Shown here one piece after another: positions 60,751 through 64,000 of a stretch of DNA of 64,000 nt. The DNA is taken from positions 930,001 to 994,000 of the forward strand of contig CDRNST010000233.1 of NCBI GenBank assembly GCA_977016875.1, written 5' to 3'. The DNA comes from Pavona decussata. Lineage: Eukaryota. The number at the start of each line of letters is the position of its first letter. Position 1 is the stretch's first letter. A program made the translations under genes and the position numbers. The notes under the pieces were generated by a model, which was not told where the DNA came from, made no database searches, and saw only the letters and a program-made list of their open reading frames with translations.

Positions 60751-63700
60751 TCAGTGATTCACACTTTTGTTGTGACTTCTGACAAGTTCAGCAAACACTC
60801 CACCACTTCTTATCAACACCTCGGGTTTGTCGAACTCCACCACTCGTCCACCATCAAGAACCAGCACCCTATCATAGTCCATGATGGTGTTGAGTCGGTG
60901 AGCAATAGTCAACACTGTGGAATCTTTGAACTTGTCACGAATGACTTCCTGGATCAGGCGATCGGTCTTGAAATCCACATTAGCAGTTGCCTCATCCATG
61001 ATGATGATTTTGCTCTTTTGGACCAGCGCACGAGCCAAACACACCAGCTGCCTCTCACCAACGCTCAAGTTTGATCCGGCTTCTCTTAATTTAAAGTTGA
61101 GCTGTCCTGGGAGATCTTGCACGCGCGTCTTCAACTGCACCTCGTCAAGAGCTGTCCAGAGTTCTTCATCCGTATATTGTGAGAACGGGTCCATGTTTCT
61201 GTGAAGAGTACCTCCAAAGAGCACCGGATCTTGAGTGATAACAGCCATGGACCGGCGTGCCTTTTGGAGATTGATAGACGCAATGCCAACACCATCAATT
61301 AAAACCTGCAAAAAAAAACCAAAGCGAGAAATGAATTAATCATAAAATAACTTTATTCACATGCCTGAATATTTATCTTTGGTCTGTTTAAATATTGTAA
61401 AATACCGACTTATGTGCAGGAGCAGCGTTATAGCACGTCTCCATTGCACCCTTCGACCTTCGGTGATTCGAGGCTTCTCACTTTTATTTATTGAACTTTG
61501 CTTTCACTACATTGAGTCCAGTAGACTTGCACCTGCTCTAAAGCTCTATCTTCACTGGATCCTGATAACCTTTAGCTCAACTGTTTTGGAGCCAGGAGGA
61601 TTGTTCTGTTGTTTGATCTTTTGTACTTTCGACCAATAAAATGAGACGTTGAAAACGTTACAGGTAACCTCATTGAAGCAAGATATTTCCTTGGAGAAGA
61701 CATTTTACAGCACAATATCTCTGAGACCGCGGCTACCAAACAAAATGCTGGGGATAGCCTTGGGATGGACTAGCATCAAAACCTGGCGTGTGGCAGCCCG
61801 AATTCCTCAGGTATTTCAATAATACCGAAAATTATCTTGATTCTCTCACCTTTCCCAAAGGCTCTGGCATGCGAAACAAAGCAGATACCAGAGATGACTT
61901 TCCAGCCCCAGTGCGACCCACAACTCCCACTTTTTCCTTACTACGAACACAAAAGCTGATGTCCTTTACTACGTAAGGACCGCCTTCAAAGTACACCAAG
62001 GAGAGGTCGCGTACATCTAAGCTTCCTTCACTTGGCCAGGACCCTGAAGGGCTGGATTCTGTGCTGTAGCCAGGTTCAGGTTCAATCTCAGTGTATGCCA
62101 TGACACGTTCGACTGACGTCATCAAGTTTTCTACCTCTGAAGCCATTCTCACGCCATATTGAGTTTCATCCAGTGTTTGAAGCGCGTACGTGAGGGCGAG
62201 TCCTGCTAAGGCTGAGGAAAATGACGGTGTCAACAACACATTGTTAACTCTTTAAGTGTCATGATGTCCCTCGATATTATCGCATTGGAACATTAGGGAG
62301 TTTTTGGCCTGGTCGATTTGAATTAAGTCAGCTTCCGAAGACGCCAAGCCACTCCCGCGCCAAACCACTGAACAAATCAGTTATATGACATGTTAAGTTC
62401 ACTTTGCCGCGGCTTCGTTTCAAACACCCCACAGACTAAATTCATATACGACTAATACATTTTACTTCATCTTGTTTTAGGATCATTCGTGTCGCGTAAC
62501 GGCTTTCTTTTCTGTCTCTTCTTTTCGTTTTTTATTCGTTTTCTTTATTTTAGAGCAGCTATTTAATTTTCACTGAATTTCACTTGACGTCTGGCACCAG
62601 ATGATGCTAGAAACGAGCCAGCTTGAGAAGGCTGCAGCACGACGTCGGAAACATGCCTTGATTTCTTACAGAACGTTTTTCTGCGAAATTAATGGTTCTA
62701 GTGTTCAGCTAGAAACAGGCACCTAATCATTCTGGTAGTCAGGGAAATGAAGCGTTTGAAAGGGATAACGCCTTCACCAACTCACCGGGATTTTCTGTGA
62801 CCAGAATAGCACCAACTGCGACAACCGTGACAAAAACACTGGACAGCAGGTCTAGGCGAACAGCCAACCAACGATTGCATGACACCACCATAAAGAACGC
62901 TTGCGTATTCTCATCCTGATACCTGCCGGTAAAAACACCGTAATGAAACAACGTACTGTTACTCCAAGTAAAATTCCTTACGAGTTTTTGTACGTAACAA
63001 GAGGGATTTAGAAGGAAATGCGCATGGCAGAAGTAATAACCTGATCCATTTTCCCACCAATTTCCACGTTTTCTGCCTTTCGCCTATCTTTTAGCGTGTT
63101 TGTGAAGCTTACGGGATTATTTCACGTGCCACACGCGGGTAGGTTGACGTTTGCCGTGGAGTACGACTATAAGTATTATGCTTCATACCGTATGGTAAAC
63201 AATGACACTCTTTATGACTCGAAAAGTAGAATAAGATTCTGAACACTCCCATCTTCCTCAAAATAAAACAAAACTTCTAGAGCGTAAAGGCTACCAATGT
63301 AAACCAAATCAACCCCGTTCCCAGGGTGCTAGATAGAGGGCCATGGGAACGAGGTTGGTACCAAATGTTTACTTTGAGGTCAACAAATGGGATAAAGCAA
63401 TAAAGAAACGCTAAAGTGACTTCAAGAGGTCAAAGGAAATGAATAAGTTACAACGAAAAACCTTGCCATTCAAAATGTGAGGAAAAGTCGCATCGTTTAG
63501 TAGCTTTAACCTTGATATTAACATAAAAAAAACGTTACGTTTCAGTGATGTCAGCGCGGGGACTTTTTCCCCACCAGTTCCACACTAAATCAGTATAAAA
63601 AAGCCATAACACTAACCTTTGGAGTCTCTCTAGAAAAGTCCTGTTCATGTTTGAAGAGTGCACTATTTCAAGTCCATTCACCGTTTCCGTGACGTGCGAG

Positions 63701-64000
63701 TACACAGGACTGCATCTAATGGCCTCGATTCTCTTCAGCTCTCTGGAAGACTTCAGGAAATATCGCCCGAAATAAACATATATTCCAATAATCGGAAGAA
63801 GAGCCAAGAACAACCAGTAATTTGTTGCTGCAGGAACCAAAACGGCAAACAACGACAAGAGGCAAAGGATTACAGCAGACAGAAATATTTTTGGCAAAAC
63901 GTCGTCCATACAACCAATATCTCTGGAAAACCGATTCAAAATACGCCCTGCTGGGTTAGTGTCGAAAAACAGTACAGGAGCTTTGATAGTCGCTTCGGTC
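60751..64000 (-). CDS. ABCC4: Second ABCC4-like gene, tandem duplicate; only the 3' part is in the window
   Basis: Exons >64000-63617, 62922-62786, 62211-61850, 61305-60751. The three complete exons have the same lengths as in the 45459-56590 copy and near-identical sequence, and the introns are also near-identical. Frames are intact in the visible part. Confidence 0.9.

Overview
Intron-rich, AT-rich eukaryotic genomic DNA. The repeat families and gene content suggest an anthozoan cnidarian, probably a stony coral (inference). Five protein-coding loci can be assembled from splice signals. (1) A 5'-incomplete + strand gene (1506-12772) encoding leucine-rich repeats, a Cys-rich stalk and a ~9-TM non-rhodopsin membrane domain. 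(2) An intronless + strand gene (15857-18055) encoding a possible ubiquitin-like domain, TPRs and an SGNH-hydrolase-like domain. (3) A complete 13-exon Suppressor of Hairless/RBPJ (CSL) gene (31379-42896, +) whose last intron is GC-AG. (4) A complete 7-exon ABCC4/MRP4-like transporter (56590-45459, -) with a long acidic, internally repeated NBD1-TMD2 linker. (5) The 3' half of a tandem duplicate of that transporter (60751->64000, -). The rest is MITEs, SINE/LINE fragments, microsatellites and one assembly gap. The most notable signals are a cluster of consensus CSL-binding sites just upstream of the CSL gene itself (candidate autoregulation), the CFTR R-domain-like expansion in the ABCC4-like protein, and the two unusual domain architectures.
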